From Octopus vulgaris (Eukaryota), in contig OX597837.1 of the NCBI GenBank assembly GCA_951406725.2, positions 24,614,001 through 24,678,000 of the forward strand: DNA of 64,000 bases, given 5' to 3'. Below, piece after piece: positions 26,873-39,456 of this stretch; the first letter of the stretch is position 1; every line of letters begins with the position of its first letter. Below the pieces are notes generated by a model, which searched no databases, was not told the origin of the DNA, and worked only from the letters and a program-made list of their open reading frames with translations. The position numbers were made by a program, and so were the translations under genes.

Positions 26873-27735
26873 GTTTTCTTTATTAACTGCTAAGGGTTCA
26901 CAAAACTGGGGAAGGTACAGGACAATACAATGTGGAGTTACATAAAAGGGTTAAAAAAACTGAAAAACAGTAACAATATAAAATTATAACAATAAATAAT
27001 TCCCCAAAAGAGGAAGACTTCCTAGGGCTGCTCATGGAGACCCTACAAAACCATGGTCAACCTGACCACTAGGGCAAGTGCCCTCTCCACATCATCTTCA
27101 TCTTCCTTCAACCTACAGGTGCATGCTTAGGGTAGACCCATTCACTGGGACCATTTTTGCAACATTCACCCACCTTTTAACAAAATTGCTGAGAGGCAGC
27201 ACTTCCCTATCTACGTTCACTTTCCTTTTCAAGTGAAACTTAAAAAAGTTGAGGGCTTGGCCAAAGAGGAAAGTATCTATCTTCAACCTTTCCAATCTGG
27301 TCCATCACACAACCTCTTTCACTAATGTCACCAGGCAAAGAAACACTGCCTGCCCTTCCCAACCAAAGGAAGGTGGGGGGACAATTTTCACAATGGACTT
27401 AGCCAATAGCTGGATCAGTCCATGTGACAGCAGGTGTCCAACATAAACCCACAAATCAGCAATGCTTGGGCACTGGACGAGAGCGTGCAGAACAGTTTTG
27501 TCATCCTACATGCATCTTGGGCAAGCCTGGCTGATGACACTTCCATGCCTGTACAGTTTATTCAGAACCAGCAATATTCCCTGGTAGCAATGCCAGGCCA
27601 AGGATTTCTGTAACTTATCCATAGACCCCAGCCCAAAAGTCCACCAGAACAGGCCAGACAGTTGATTCTCATCAACACCCAGTCTCCTCAAGAACATCGT
27701 CATACTTGCCTGCCACTAACTCTCTATAGAACACC
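26873..27735 (-). mobile_element. L1/Tx1-clade LINE 3' end
   Basis: Minus strand ...ACPRCM*DDKTVLHALVQCP...LW...VWWTR...FVKRW, an ORF2 C-terminal Cys/His knuckle, then a UTR ending aataaagaaaac. Confidence 0.7.
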
Positions 27736-28090
27736 AGAACAGAACTCTTTCTCATTTAAAATAGCAATTCTTCTCTCCCTCTCTCTCTCTCTCTCTGGAT
27801 GGATGGATCGATCAATCAATCAAGCGACAGACAGATAGATAGATATGTAGATAGATAGGTAGATAGATATCAAATGGACGTCTTATAGAACTATTCTCCA
27901 CATACAATAACAGCCATACCAACAATCCAATGCACCTCCATCATCAGCTGCTCAGCGGATATCAGTATGGTTTTGATATCTGGGCAGTACCATTCAATCC
28001 AACTGTGTCAACTAATTCCTACATTATCATCTTGCCCTTGAAGCCTATATAGATTATATTCCCACCAGTCTTCCATAGTTATATTCCATA

Positions 28091-29877
28091 GTGAAAGCTT
28101 TTATATTCTATTCTCGATTGAACTTAACTAATAAGTTTCGAATAGCTGAAGAAAGCATTCCAACAGTCAAAGAAGAGCCCGTCAAGAGCTTGGGGCGAGT
28201 ATACGCTGGAACATTGTCAGACAGAAGTCACAGAATGGAAATTATGAAACAGGCCAAGGCTGGATTATCAGCAATTGATAACTCAAAGTTACCAGGTAAC
28301 TATAAAATTTGGTGCTTGCAGTTCGGCTTGTACCTGCAACTTGCATGGCCACTTTTAATATATGAAGTAGCCTAATCACGAGTTCAGATCATTGCACAAA
28401 AATGTAATGTGTTCATTAGAAAGTGGCTAGGCCTACCTCATATGTTGAACAGTTCAGCTCTTTATCGTAAAAGAGGTTCATTGCAGCTACCAATAGCATC
28501 AATAGTGGAAATATATAAACTAGGGAATATACGGATGGTGATAATGCTGAGAGAATCAAAGGATATGGAAATCAGGCATAATCCACGAGAGGTGAAAACA
28601 GCCAGGAAGTGGAAAGCAGAAGCAGAGATTGATGACATCTTGTCTTCTCTTATATACAGAGATATGGTGGGTGCAGCGCAGAACCATCAGAAAGGACTTG
28701 GTTTTGGTGCAGATCAGTTCAGACCATTTGCAAGTATGATGCTGAGTGAACGCAGATCTGTTGTTAGCAACAGCGTCAAAACGAGAGAAGCAGAGAGAAG
28801 AGAGCTTCATTTGATCCGATGTTTTCATCAAGGACAGCTGACGAGATGGGAAGAACATGTTGTTGAGAGGAAAATTAGTTGGGATGAGATATGGAAGTGG
28901 ATGACATCTTGGCTGAGTTTTCTGATTCATTCATCTTATGATGTTTTGCCATCACCTATGAATCTAGTAAGATGGAACATCTCAGAGAATGGCATATGCA
29001 AATGCGGAAAGGTCGGAACACTGAAACATTCTTTCCAACTGTTCATTAGCAATGAACAGGTATACATGGAGACACAACTTGGTCCTTAAGGTTATCTTCA
29101 ATGCTATAAAGAACCAAATTCATCTCAACAACACTGAGAAAAAAACCATTGAAAGTACCATCTAGAGATTCCGTTACCTTCGAGCGCTCAGGTCGGCGGA
29201 TCCATTTCCAGAAGAACAAGAAACTTCCTGTGAGAGATGAAAAGTGGAACGGCTATTGGGAGGTGACTGCAGATTTACTTGGGTGCTACGGATTCTTTCC
29301 TATCCCAGTTACGAAAAAACCAGATATTTTGATGTGGTGTGAAAGAAGGAAAGCTGTAAATCTAGTTGACTTAACGGTTCCTTATGAAGATAACATGGAT
29401 GCCGCTCGGGCTCGAAAGATTGACTGTTATGTAAACCTCCTCGAGGAATGTGAAGACGCAGGCTGGAAAGCGGAGCATTTTCCAATTGAAGTTGGATGTA
29501 GAAGGTTTGTTGGACACAGTGTGAGACAACTGTTGTTATCATTAGGCCTAACTCATCGTAAAGTCAATTCCACCATGACTGATATCTAAACTACAGTAGA
29601 GAAAGTTAGCCACTGAATTTGGTTAAAAAGAGACAATGAGCGATAGCTAGAAGAATATTGAGGCTTATTTGATAACCAGTTGATCAAGCAAGTGGAGCTT
29701 CATATCAGTGAGGGGGGCCAGTGCGCATTCTCTCCTGATGACCCCATACACTTGCTGGCTTCCGGTATGCGGAGTTTTTGACTGGTAGCACTTGCATGTA
29801 CAAGTTGTTTGCAAGACATCTAACTAATTCTGAGTGAATTACACTATTTCATAACCCAAAAGTCAATAAATAAAAAC
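28091..29877 (+). mobile_element. 5'-truncated HERO-clade (restriction-like endonuclease) non-LTR retrotransposon
   Basis: PVKSLGR, KIWCLQFG..LAWPLLIYEV, RKWLGLP, SYDVLPSP.NL.RW, zinc knuckle CKCG..GTLKH/ILSNC..RYTWRHN, and RLE KPDIL...DLTVPYE...K..Y...PIEVGCR; few stops and frameshifts; A-rich end. Confidence 0.85.
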
Positions 29878-29960
29878 TCCATACATATTAAATATTTGTT
29901 ATCCTTACATGATTTAATGTTAAACTTATACAAGTAATTAATAGATAATACTAAAATATC

Positions 29961-29998
<38 letters not shown>

Positions 29999-30468
29999 AT
30001 CATCATCATCATAATCATAGTCATTTAATGTCCATTGTCCATGCTAGCATGGGTGTTGGACAGTGTAACCAGAGCTAGCAAGCTGGGGCTGCACCAGATT
30101 CCAGTCTGATTTGACATGGTTTCTAAGCTGGATGCCATTCTGAGTGCCAATGATGATATATATATATATATATATAATCTCCAGAACAGAGATTTCAAGC
30201 CATGTTTGCATTTTAGGAGATTTCTGCTGGCCTTTTGGGAACCGCCGGAAGTTGAAAGGTAATGGGAAAGGGTGATAATCCCCTATTGTTTACCTTCACA
30301 GCTGAATGATGGCAGTATGGCCAGAAGTCGATAGCCATTGACAAAAGAGGTAATCTAGACTTTTCCCATCCATATTTTAAAGAGGCTATATAAGCCAACA
30401 GGTCTGGGGGTCTGACAATACACCATAAAGTTAAACCTTTTATGGACGGGAAAACTGGCCATCACCAG

Positions 30469-30518
<50 letters not shown>

Positions 30519-30820
30519 TATAAATACAAAATGGGACAAGAACGCAAAACATCCAGACAGTTAAGTGATACAAGAAAGGGACAACAAAACATCCAGATGG
30601 ACGATACAAAGAAAACAAGGACAGGTCATACGGAGTTTTCTTTCCTCAGTCGAATTCCAGATTATCTTTGCAATTTCAGCTGGTTATATTCGAGTATTCG
30701 AGATGGCTCCAATCTGGCCAGCCCCAAGAAAAAACTAAGCTAAGAGCATTAGATTCCTTGGAAGAAAGCAGTGAATGCATACGAAAACAAGGATGGAAAA
30801 AACAGACAAAGTTACACAAA

Positions 30821-30979
30821 GGTGCAGCCATGGCTGTGTGATAAGAAGTTTGCTTCCAAACCACATGGTTCCGGGTTCAGTTCCACTCAGGCACGTACCT
30901 TCTATTATAGCCTCAGGCTCAGGTCAACCAAAGCCTTGTGAATGGATTTGGTAGATGGAAACTGAAAGAAGCCTGTCAA

Positions 30980-31029
<50 letters not shown>

Positions 31030-31253
31030 TTATGTGTGTCTATCTGTCTGTTTGCCCCACTCCATCACTTGACAAGCGATGTCAGTGTGTTTACGTCCCA
31101 GTAACTAAGCAGCATGGCAAAAAAGATCAATAGAATAAGTGCTAGGCTTACAAAGAATAAGTCCTAGGGTTGATTTCTTCTACTAAAAACCCTTCAAGGC
31201 AGTGCTCCAGCATGGCTGCAGTCAAATGACTGAAACAAGTAAAAGAATAAAAG
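30821..31253 (+). mobile_element. SINE family A, degenerate
   Basis: Colinear with 2085-2557. Confidence 0.8.
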
Positions 31254-31435
31254 TGTGTGGGAGGGGGGAATCACAAGGGCTGGGTTGCAGAAGCTAGGTA
31301 CAAAGGTGCTGTAAGTAAATTGAAAGTCAACAATTTCAATAATGTATTTAGTGAGAAAATAGAAGTCCATCAAGGTTCCGTTCTCAGTCCTTTCCTATTC
31401 ATCATAATCCTACAGGCCATCATAGAGGAATTTAA

Positions 31436-31723
31436 CCCTTTAACATTTAGACTGGCCATATCTGACCCAAACATACTACTTGTGTTATGATCAAACTGGC
31501 CAGATTCAGCCTCTCACACCTACCCTACAATGTCATTCTAAAAATAAACAATCACATCATCAAAATCTGAAAACTACAGGATAATGCATAGTTAATTCAA
31601 AACAATGTGAATAACCTTTTGGCATTCGGATTTCTCTGTCAAACGCAATGCTTATTTATTCACATTGGTTTTTAATTAATCATGCATTATCTCATAGCTT
31701 TGAGATTTTGATGATGTGATTTG
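31436..31723. mobile_element. Two family-2 MITE pieces in opposite orientation
   Basis: 31436-31612 matches the 40486 orientation; 31613 onward matches the 45727 orientation and is cut by the Helentron-like element. Confidence 0.6.
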
Positions 31724-32084
31724 TTACCTTTGCCTTAGCGAAGGCAGAGTATTGTTTTCAGTCACATTTGTTTGTTTGTCCTTGAACAAGATATCTCAAG
31801 AAACGCAGGATGGATCTAGATGAAACTTTCAGGATGTTTGGTTTCATGACTGGCATGAACTGATTAGAGTTTGGGATTAATCTGGTACCAGACAAGGATT
31901 CTGGATTATTTTTCCGTTTTTTAATTAATTTTTGATAGCGATTGGGTTCATTTTTAGTATTCTCATTTGTGAGAACAGTCGAGTTTATTTCAGATATTCT
32001 CATTTTAAAAAACATCTCTGGCTAATCATTGTGAGGATGTTGGTATTGCCTTGGCAGAGGTTTGCACTCTCAGAGTGCTCTTGT
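31724..32084 (+). mobile_element. Helentron/HINE-like non-autonomous element
   Basis: Subterminal inverted motifs (acctttgcc...ggcagaggt), 3' hairpin gcactc-tca-gagtgc, (gttt) microsatellite near the 5' end, inserted in a T-rich site inside a MITE. Confidence 0.55.
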
Positions 32085-32732
32085 TTATTTTTAAAATATT
32101 ATATAGTAATTGTGAGAAGTAGGATCCTATTTACTGATGATTTAGTTCTCATAGCTGAATCTGTAGGGAAATTAGTGAAGAAACTCCAGGCATGGAAGCT
32201 AAACCTAGAATTGAGAAGCTTCAAGATTAACTTAGCAATGATAAATGTTTTTAGTAAGTTAAAAAGAAGACAGAACCCTGGTATCTTCAGAGAAATGTCC
32301 TGGTTCAATGTGCAGGAAAGGAGTAGGCATAAATTTTATATGGTGTACCCAATGTAAGGTGCAGACACACAAGAGGTGGAGTGAAATCACAGAAATAAAG
32401 AAAGTAAGCTTCAACTGGAATAATACATACTATGAGTAGACTAAAAATAGATTCTCTTAAATGCTCAGATGGCTCACTAGGAATTGTTGGCAGCATTTGT
32501 TATCTAGAAAACATAATTAGCAGGGGAAGTGGTTACTCTGAATATATAGTAGCCTGGGTAAGAACAGGTTGGAAAAATTCTGGGAGATTCTACTGCTACT
32601 GGCAACAAAGGTCTTCTCCCTCAGAGTGAAAGGCAGATTGTATGACACTTGTGTTAGAAAGGCATTGCTGCATGGTAGTGAGACATGGGCCTTGAATGTA
32701 GAGGATTGAAAAGAGTGGAAAGAAATGAAGTA

Positions 32733-33582
32733 CCGTAAATCTTCGAGTATAGTCCACCCTTGAGTATAATCATCATCATCATTTAGCGTCCGCTTTCCAT
32801 GCTAGCATGGGTTGGACGGTTCAACTGGGGTCTGGGAAGCCAGAAGGCTGCACCAGGCCCAGTCTGATCTGGCAGTGTTTCTACGGCTGGATGCCCTTCC
32901 TAACGCCAATCACTCCGTGAGTGTAGTGGGTGCTTTTTACGTGCCACCGGCACAGGTACCAGATGGGGCTGGCAAACGGCCACGGTCGGATGGTGCTTTT
33001 TACGTGCCACCGGCACGGGGGCCAGGTGAGGCTGGCAATGGCCACGGTCAGATGGTGCTTTTTACGTGCCACCGGCACGGAGGCCCGTCGCTTTAATACG
33101 CAGGGGATTTTTAGGGGGCTGTACCTCTGAAAAACCTAAACCTTGTGTATAATACGCACTCCTTCTCTAACTTGAGTCGTGCGTAATTAAGCCAGCAGCA
33201 CCTAGTCAAACAAACACTTCCGTGCATGTATAACACAATAATGGTGATGTTCTTAACTGTTATATGGGAATGTAAATATATTTGCAAATTGTTTTTGTTA
33301 TATGTTATTCAGTGTTCTGAATACTTTTATTTTAATAAATGTTGCTTATTGCAAATTATGGATGATTCTTTTCAGACTTCATTACTTTCAGGCTTAGCTT
33401 AAGGTATTTTCGCACCTGACATCACAAAATGCATCTGAATAAACATTGCCGGACAGCAAATAAAGACTCGAACATTGCTTAGAAAATATTTTTCATTTTT
33501 AACCTCGTATATAGTAGGCACTATGGATTTTGACCTTTACATTTTGGGAAAAAAAGTGTGGATTATACTCGAGGATTTATGG
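32733..33582. mobile_element. Tigger/pogo-like non-autonomous element
   Basis: TA|ccgtaaatcttcgagtatagtccac ... gtggattatactcgaggatttatgg|TA; inserted in RTE codons and itself interrupted at 32771-33090. Confidence 0.75.
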
Positions 33583-34149
33583 TAAGCATATGCCATTAGA
33601 TGTGTACATGAATGACATAGTACAAATATGTTGAGAGAAAAACTGGCCAAAAGAGAAATCAGATGTGCGCAAGAAAGACTGCCAATAGTATGAACAGGTG
33701 TATAAATGAGGATATCTGTATAAAGAAGTGCCAATCACTAAATGAGGATGAAACTTGCACAAGAGGGATACCAAGGGACAAAATGGTGATGGCTGATATT
33801 AGGATTTGAACCTCACAGAAGAAATGACAAGTGACTGATGTGACTGGTGATATGCAGTTCTTAAGGAGACTTGCCCAACTCTGAGACTTAAGTTCTAGAA
33901 TTGCTTATTTTAACTGTTATGCTCCCAGAACATAAACTTCTATTGCTAATCAGATCTTTTAGACAACAAAAGCCATCCACTACTTCTAAAGAACACCTGG
34001 ACATTGGATGGGGCCTATATCACAAGTGCTCTTAGTACTTATTGCCCGTCGCATGTGAAACTTACTTTCTCTGCCAGCATATCTTTGATCCCACAGTTTA
34101 CACTAGGTACACTTTAAGGAATTCCTACCTACTACTTTTCTACATATTA

Positions 34150-35460
34150 AGCATATTGGCATCAGTGCTACCTTTTCCTGGGATAAAAACCAAACTACAT
34201 CTAATGCAAATTAATCCTGTCCCTATTTTATTTTGCATTAGCCCTTTCTGTAACCTTCATAACCTGGTTCAACAGAGGCAATTTGCTGTACTTGAGAAGA
34301 CACATAAATGGTATTTTCTTGATAGTAACAGGGTCCTGTCTTTCCTACTTACAAATACTTTATAGTCCTTGTTAAATTCACTTTGAGGCCTCTAGGTTCC
34401 AGGTTTTGTTTCCACGTCTGGAATACCTTTTCTAATTCTAATAAAGATTCAGTTATATGATGTAGATCATCAGCATAAAGAAACTCCCACAGGCAGCTAT
34501 TCTTAAGTTTCTCTGCTATAACTTGGAGAGCAAGAGTAGGCTGAGGACTGGGCCCTAACTTCATGCTAAATGCAATACTACACTTATCCCTAACTCTCAC
34601 CTTGCATGCACAGCTCTTACAAGCCATTTATCAACTCAAGCTACCTCAGTGACCACCTGATCACAGAGCAAGAAACCATATCAAAGGCCTTCTCTAGATA
34701 ACAAATGCCAGACATAGGGGCTTATTCTTAGCTAGATATTTCTTCTGCAGTTGTTTCACTAGGAAGGTGATATAAGCAGTGCTTCTTCCTGGCAAAAAAA
34801 CCAAAGTGCACAGTATCTATGTTAACTTTCTTCTCAGTCAGTTGCATCATAACTCTGTACTCTTCATAAACAGGTCCAAAAGCTTAACACTTCTGTAGTT
34901 TCTCTTCTTTTGTATCATACTAGCAGTATCACCCGGCGTTGCTCGGGTTCGTAAGGGAAATAACTATATAAGCATTTTTAGAGAGTTATAGCCAAAAAAT
35001 AGCAAAAAAATGGAAAACAAATGATGGTAAATTTTTTTTAAATCATTGACTCATCGTAGACATTTTTAGAGAGTTACTTCCCTTATATAATAGCGAAAAA
35101 ATGCATTAAAATGGAAAAAAATGACGGTAAATTTTTTTTTAAATCGTAGACTCATCGTAGACGCGCGCTAATACCCAGAAGGGCTCGATATGAATCACGA
35201 CTATAAGATACCCGGTTTTGGTTAAACTGCACCGCAAAATGTGGGAGTAGTTAGGAATCTAAATCGTAGGAGACAGACACACAACTTCTCTTTTATATAT
35301 AAAGATTTGCCCTTATAGCAGATGCTGATACCGTTACGCTAGTAACTTATTATGTGGGTGACCAACCCATATCCCACTCCACTAAGGATTTTAAACATCT
35401 CAATGATAATTCTTGGTAGACCAGGCCTTTTCTATCTTCAGTTAATTTTAGAACGGGTAT
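34150..35460 (-). mobile_element. RTE LINE relic
   Basis: WEFLYADDL...WKQNLEPRGLKVN; 34158-34305 is near-identical to 36721-36868. Confidence 0.7.
34920..35305 (-). mobile_element. Non-autonomous Helitron inserted in an RTE relic
   Basis: Reverse complement runs A|TC...cccgagcaacgccgggtgatactgCTAG|T and interrupts RTE RT-coding sequence. Confidence 0.75.
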
Positions 35461-36496
35461 ATTATTCTTATTTTCTTCATCAAACTTTTACAATAAAGAT
35501 GCATAACTCAAAAGGAGATATTTCTGTTTACCCTAATTCTACAAACTATATTCATTGTGGGCTGGGATAACAATTCTTCAGGTGGTTAACAAGTGATTCT
35601 ACATTTGATGTTGATCGATTTTGATTTTGATTTTGATTTTCACTTGCCTCAACAGGTCTTCACAAGTAGAGTTTTGTGTCCCAAAAAGGAAAGGTATGCA
35701 TAAGTGGACTGGCTACATCCCAGGTAGAGGCCATGGGTTATGGTCTCACTTGTCCTGCCGGGTCTTCTCTACCAACTTCATTACAATCTAAGTGGTAATC
35801 ACATTTTTCTTTCTTTCTTTTTTTTTTTTTTTTTTTGCTGTCAAATTGCAGTCATTTTATTGTGAAATCAACTGTTTTCAATAAAATTGGGTGGAGGTGT
35901 TCTTTTTTGCCAAAGGAATGAGATGCATTACATAAAGAGATTTCTCTGAGGCATCTTATCTGCTGACAACTTGGTCTTCGACCACATAATATGACAACCA
36001 GGATTGGTCAATTGCTTTATCAAGTTCATCATGTTCTTGTGAAGGTACTGCTGATTGACTAAACATGATTCCAACAAAATGTGGAAAGCAAGAAATTATA
36101 AGAAAATCCTGACTTTTTTTTTTCCTGCAAATTAATGTGTAATGTTTATCAATGGAGACAATAAATATTGAAGTAATTATATTCCACAAATTATCAAGTA
36201 TGAATTACATTGACCCCAGCATTATTGCACAGAACAAGAACTTAAAACTGGATACCTAGCAGCCAATATCTCAATTCTCTCTTGTACACTATTTCACTAT
36301 TCTGAATAACTTGTACCATAGATCCTTATGCTGTGAAACATTAACAAACTTTTTCCTTTCTGCCTCTCCCCTTGCTAAATGTAGCCTCCCTTCAGCAGTC
36401 ACCAAAACTGTCAAAAGCCTTCCCAAGACCAGCAAGTGCTATGTATAAGGACTTCTAGCCATGTATTTCTCTTGTGGTTGTCTCACTAGGAATATG

Positions 36497-36713
36497 TGTT
36501 TCTTTATTACCCACAAGGGGCTAAACATAGAATGGACAAACAAATGGATTAAGTCGATTACATCGACCCCAGTGCGTAACTGGTACTTAATTTATCGACC
36601 CCGAAAGGATGAAAGGCAAAGTTGACCTCGGCGGAATTTGAACTCAGAATGTAACGGCAGACGAAATATCGCAAAGCACTTTGCCCGGCGTGCTAACGTT
36701 TCTGCCAGCTTGC
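36497..36713 (-). mobile_element. SINE family B (Meta-domain-like)
   Basis: B box gagttcaaattcc, gcctttcatcctttcggggtcgataaa..agtacca domain; TSD aggaatatg. Confidence 0.85.
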
Positions 36714-37361
36714 AGGAATATGGTATCAGTGCTACCTTTTCCTGGGATAAAAACCAAACTACATCTAATGCAAATTAATCTCGTCCCTATTTTATTTTGC
36801 ATTAGCCTAAGCAGGTAACCTTCATAACTTGGTCCAACAGAGGCGATTTGCTGTACTTGAGAAGACACGTAAAATCACTGTCATCCATACATACAAGCTT
36901 GTCCTTAGCAGGTGCTGGTGCCCCATAAACGCACCCATGCCGGTGATACATAAAAGGCACTCAGCACACTCTGTAAAGTGGCTGGCATTAGGAAGGGCAT
37001 CCAAGTGTAGAAACCATGCCACAACAGACAACTGGAGTCTAGCCAGCTCCATGTCAAACCATCCAGCCCGTGCCAGCATGGAAAACAGACCTTAAAAGAC
37101 GATGATGATGATGTAGTTTCTTCTATAGTACCTCCCTAATTAATCTAGACTTCTTGTCTTTTATTAAACAATTTAGGGAAACCCAGTCCTGTTTCTCTGT
37201 CTTAAGGCAAAAAGCACACATTTTATCTTCTCTCTCCCTATTTTGTTATCTTTCTTACACCATACCATGTGTTCCTGTCCATCTATGCATAACATACATT
37301 TTGCCTTCCCTCTTTAATCATATCAATCTATCTACCTCTCTATTCCTGCCTCTCTCTATAA

Positions 37362-37528
37362 CCCTTTAGTATTCAGATTAATCTATCAAATGAAATGCTT
37401 ATTTATTCACATTGTTTTGAATTACTCATGCATTATCTCATAGCTTTGAGATTTCGATGATGTGATTGTTTACTTTTAGAATGACATTGCAGGAGTAGGT
37501 GTGAGAGGCTGGATCTGGTTGGTTTGAA
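37362..37528. mobile_element. Family-2 MITE fragment fused to a mariner relic
   Basis: ccctttagtattcagatt...gctggatctgg homologous to 45727-45900. Confidence 0.6.
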
Positions 37529-38584
37529 TAAAGGTAACAATGCAACGGAAAGTGCGAGGAACATTAAAGCAGTAAATGGGGATCAGACAATAAGCATAAG
37601 CCAGTGTCAACGGTGGTTCCAGAAATTCCGAGCTGGAAACTACAGCCAAGAAGATGAGCCTCATCCTGGAAGATCTGTAAAGGACGTCCTGCAAACCCTG
37701 GTGGAACAAAATCCCATCGTAACTGTTGAGGAACTAGCAGAGAAGCTTGGATTTGGTCATTCAACCGTTCATCAACACCTGTATGCCATTGGAAAAGACA
37801 GCAAATTGGGTCAATGGGTTACTCACAAATTTCTGAGTCCAATTGCATGCAGAGAGTGAATGTGTGCTCTCCTTTGCTGTCACATCTCAAGAAATGAACC
37901 TTGTTTAGACCAAATAGTGACTGGTGACAAGAAATGGGTTCTCTATAAAAATGTCAAGCACTGAAGACAGTGGGTAAGGAAAGGAGAAACACCAGCACAC
38001 CAGGCTAAAGGTCTTCATCCATGTAAGGTGTTATCTGTTTGGTGAGATATTAAAGGTTTAATCCACTTTGAACTTTTAAACCCAAACCAAATGATAACAA
38101 AGATCTACTGCAAACAACTTCAGCGCCTTAAGTCAGTGCTAAAAAAAAATTACCGTCTTTGATTTCAAGATGAAAGGTGTTCTTCCATCAGGATAATGCT
38201 CGGTCACATACAGCAAGGATGACATTTCAAAGGCTGGAGCAGTTTGAATTCCAAAAGATGACATTCCAAAGGCTGGAGCAGTTTGGAAGCGATGCCCCAC
38301 CCACCATCCATCTGATTATCACTTATTCCGCAGTCTTTAAAGTAATTTGGACAGAAAAAAAATATGAATTCTGGAGACAAAGTCAGAACAGTACTGGAGG
38401 AGTATTTTTTGTCATGGACAAGTGATTTTTGGAAGATGGACATTACAAGTCTACTAGATAGATGGAAGAGCATTGTAGAAAATGAAGGAGAGTATATTTT
38501 AGATTAAAAAAGAACTTTGTGCATCTTAATTTTGAAAAATAAAAGAAATATAAAAAAAACACATTATTTATGGGATGACCCAAT
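37524..38584 (+). mobile_element. Mariner transposon relic (5'-truncated)
   Basis: HTH (QCQRWFQKFRAGN..EDEPHPGRS), WVTHK linker, IVTGDKKWVLY, GLHPCKV, FHQDNARSHT across frameshifts; right TIR-like ttatgggatgacccaat. Confidence 0.9.
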
Positions 38585-38609
38585 GTGTGTGTGTGTGTGT
38601 TAGATATCA

Positions 38610-39200
38610 ATTGTATTAGAAGATCATACTGGTAACAAGAGAGTTCTTCCTCAAAATCAAGAGCAGATTTCATGATGCTTATGTACAATGTGCAGTGCTG
38701 CATGACAGTGATACGTGAGCCTCGGAAGAAGAAAACACTAAAGAAACGAGGTAAACATGCTTCACTGGATGTGCCATGTTAGCATACATCAGTGGTTTTC
38801 AACAAGGGTTCCGCCAGTACAGTCCAGAGGTTCCGCAAGAAGTTACAAAACTGCTAAAATCGGCAGTAATTTTTAATTCTCCTGTGCAGATATGTGTGCA
38901 TAAGACTATTAAATTATTGCACAGGGGTTCCTCGAGCAAGAGGAATGTTTCCTTGGGGTTTCGCTCCAGCAAAAAGTTTGAAAAGCACTGGTATGCATGA
39001 ACAACAGAGTATAAATGAACTGAGAGAGGAAACTGGGGTATAGTAAGAATGAAATATGGTGTGCAAAGAAGAGTAGACTGCATTGGTATGGACATGTGAT
39101 ACAAATGAAGGATGAATGTTACATAAACAAGTGTCATGTGCTCAAAATGAATAGAATCTGTGGTAGGAGATCAAGGAATACATGGAAGAAACAAATGGCC
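38610..39200 (+). mobile_element. RTE LINE fragment
   Basis: Homologous to 62090-62460; a similar fragment lies at 3260-3600. Confidence 0.6.
38790..38990. mobile_element. hAT-like MITE
   Basis: TIR cagtggttttcaa/ttgaaaagcactg; imperfect 8-bp flanks gcatacat/gtatgcat; interrupts an RTE relic. Confidence 0.65.
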
Positions 39201-39226
39201 CTAAACATGAAACAGCAGCAATATAT

Positions 39227-39456
39227 ATTTCTTTATTGCCTACAAGGGGCTACACACAGAGGGGACAAACAAGGACAGACAAAGTGATTAAGTCGATTAC
39301 ATCGGCCCCAGTGCGTAACTGGTACTTTATTTATCGACCCCGAAAGGATGAAAGGCAAGGTCAACCTCGACGGAATTTGAACTCAGAACGTAACGGCAGA
39401 CGAAATACAGCTACGCATATCGCCCGGCCTGCTAACGTTTCTGCCAGCTCACCGTC
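39227..39456 (-). mobile_element. SINE family B
   Basis: 19-bp TSD tgaaacagcagcaatatat. Confidence 0.88.

Larger units (their letters stand above)
31290..33890 (+). mobile_element. RTE LINE relic hosting nested insertions
   Basis: VHQGSVLSPFLF, LFTDDLVL, RLYDTCVRKALLHGSETW across the interruptions. Confidence 0.82.

Noticed and set aside
29730-29800. CTGATGA in the HERO 3' UTR as a hammerhead
   Set aside because: No correctly placed GAAA or stem III. The same applies to CTGAAGA at 54726/56363 and CTGAGGA near 30584.
32925-33085. CRISPR-like repeat-spacer pattern
   Set aside because: The spacers are homologous to each other, there are no cas genes, and the array is part of a eukaryotic LINE UTR found many times in the window.
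35956-36189. 77-aa minus-strand ORF with a possible acceptor
   Set aside because: No recognisable homology, and no linked exons found.
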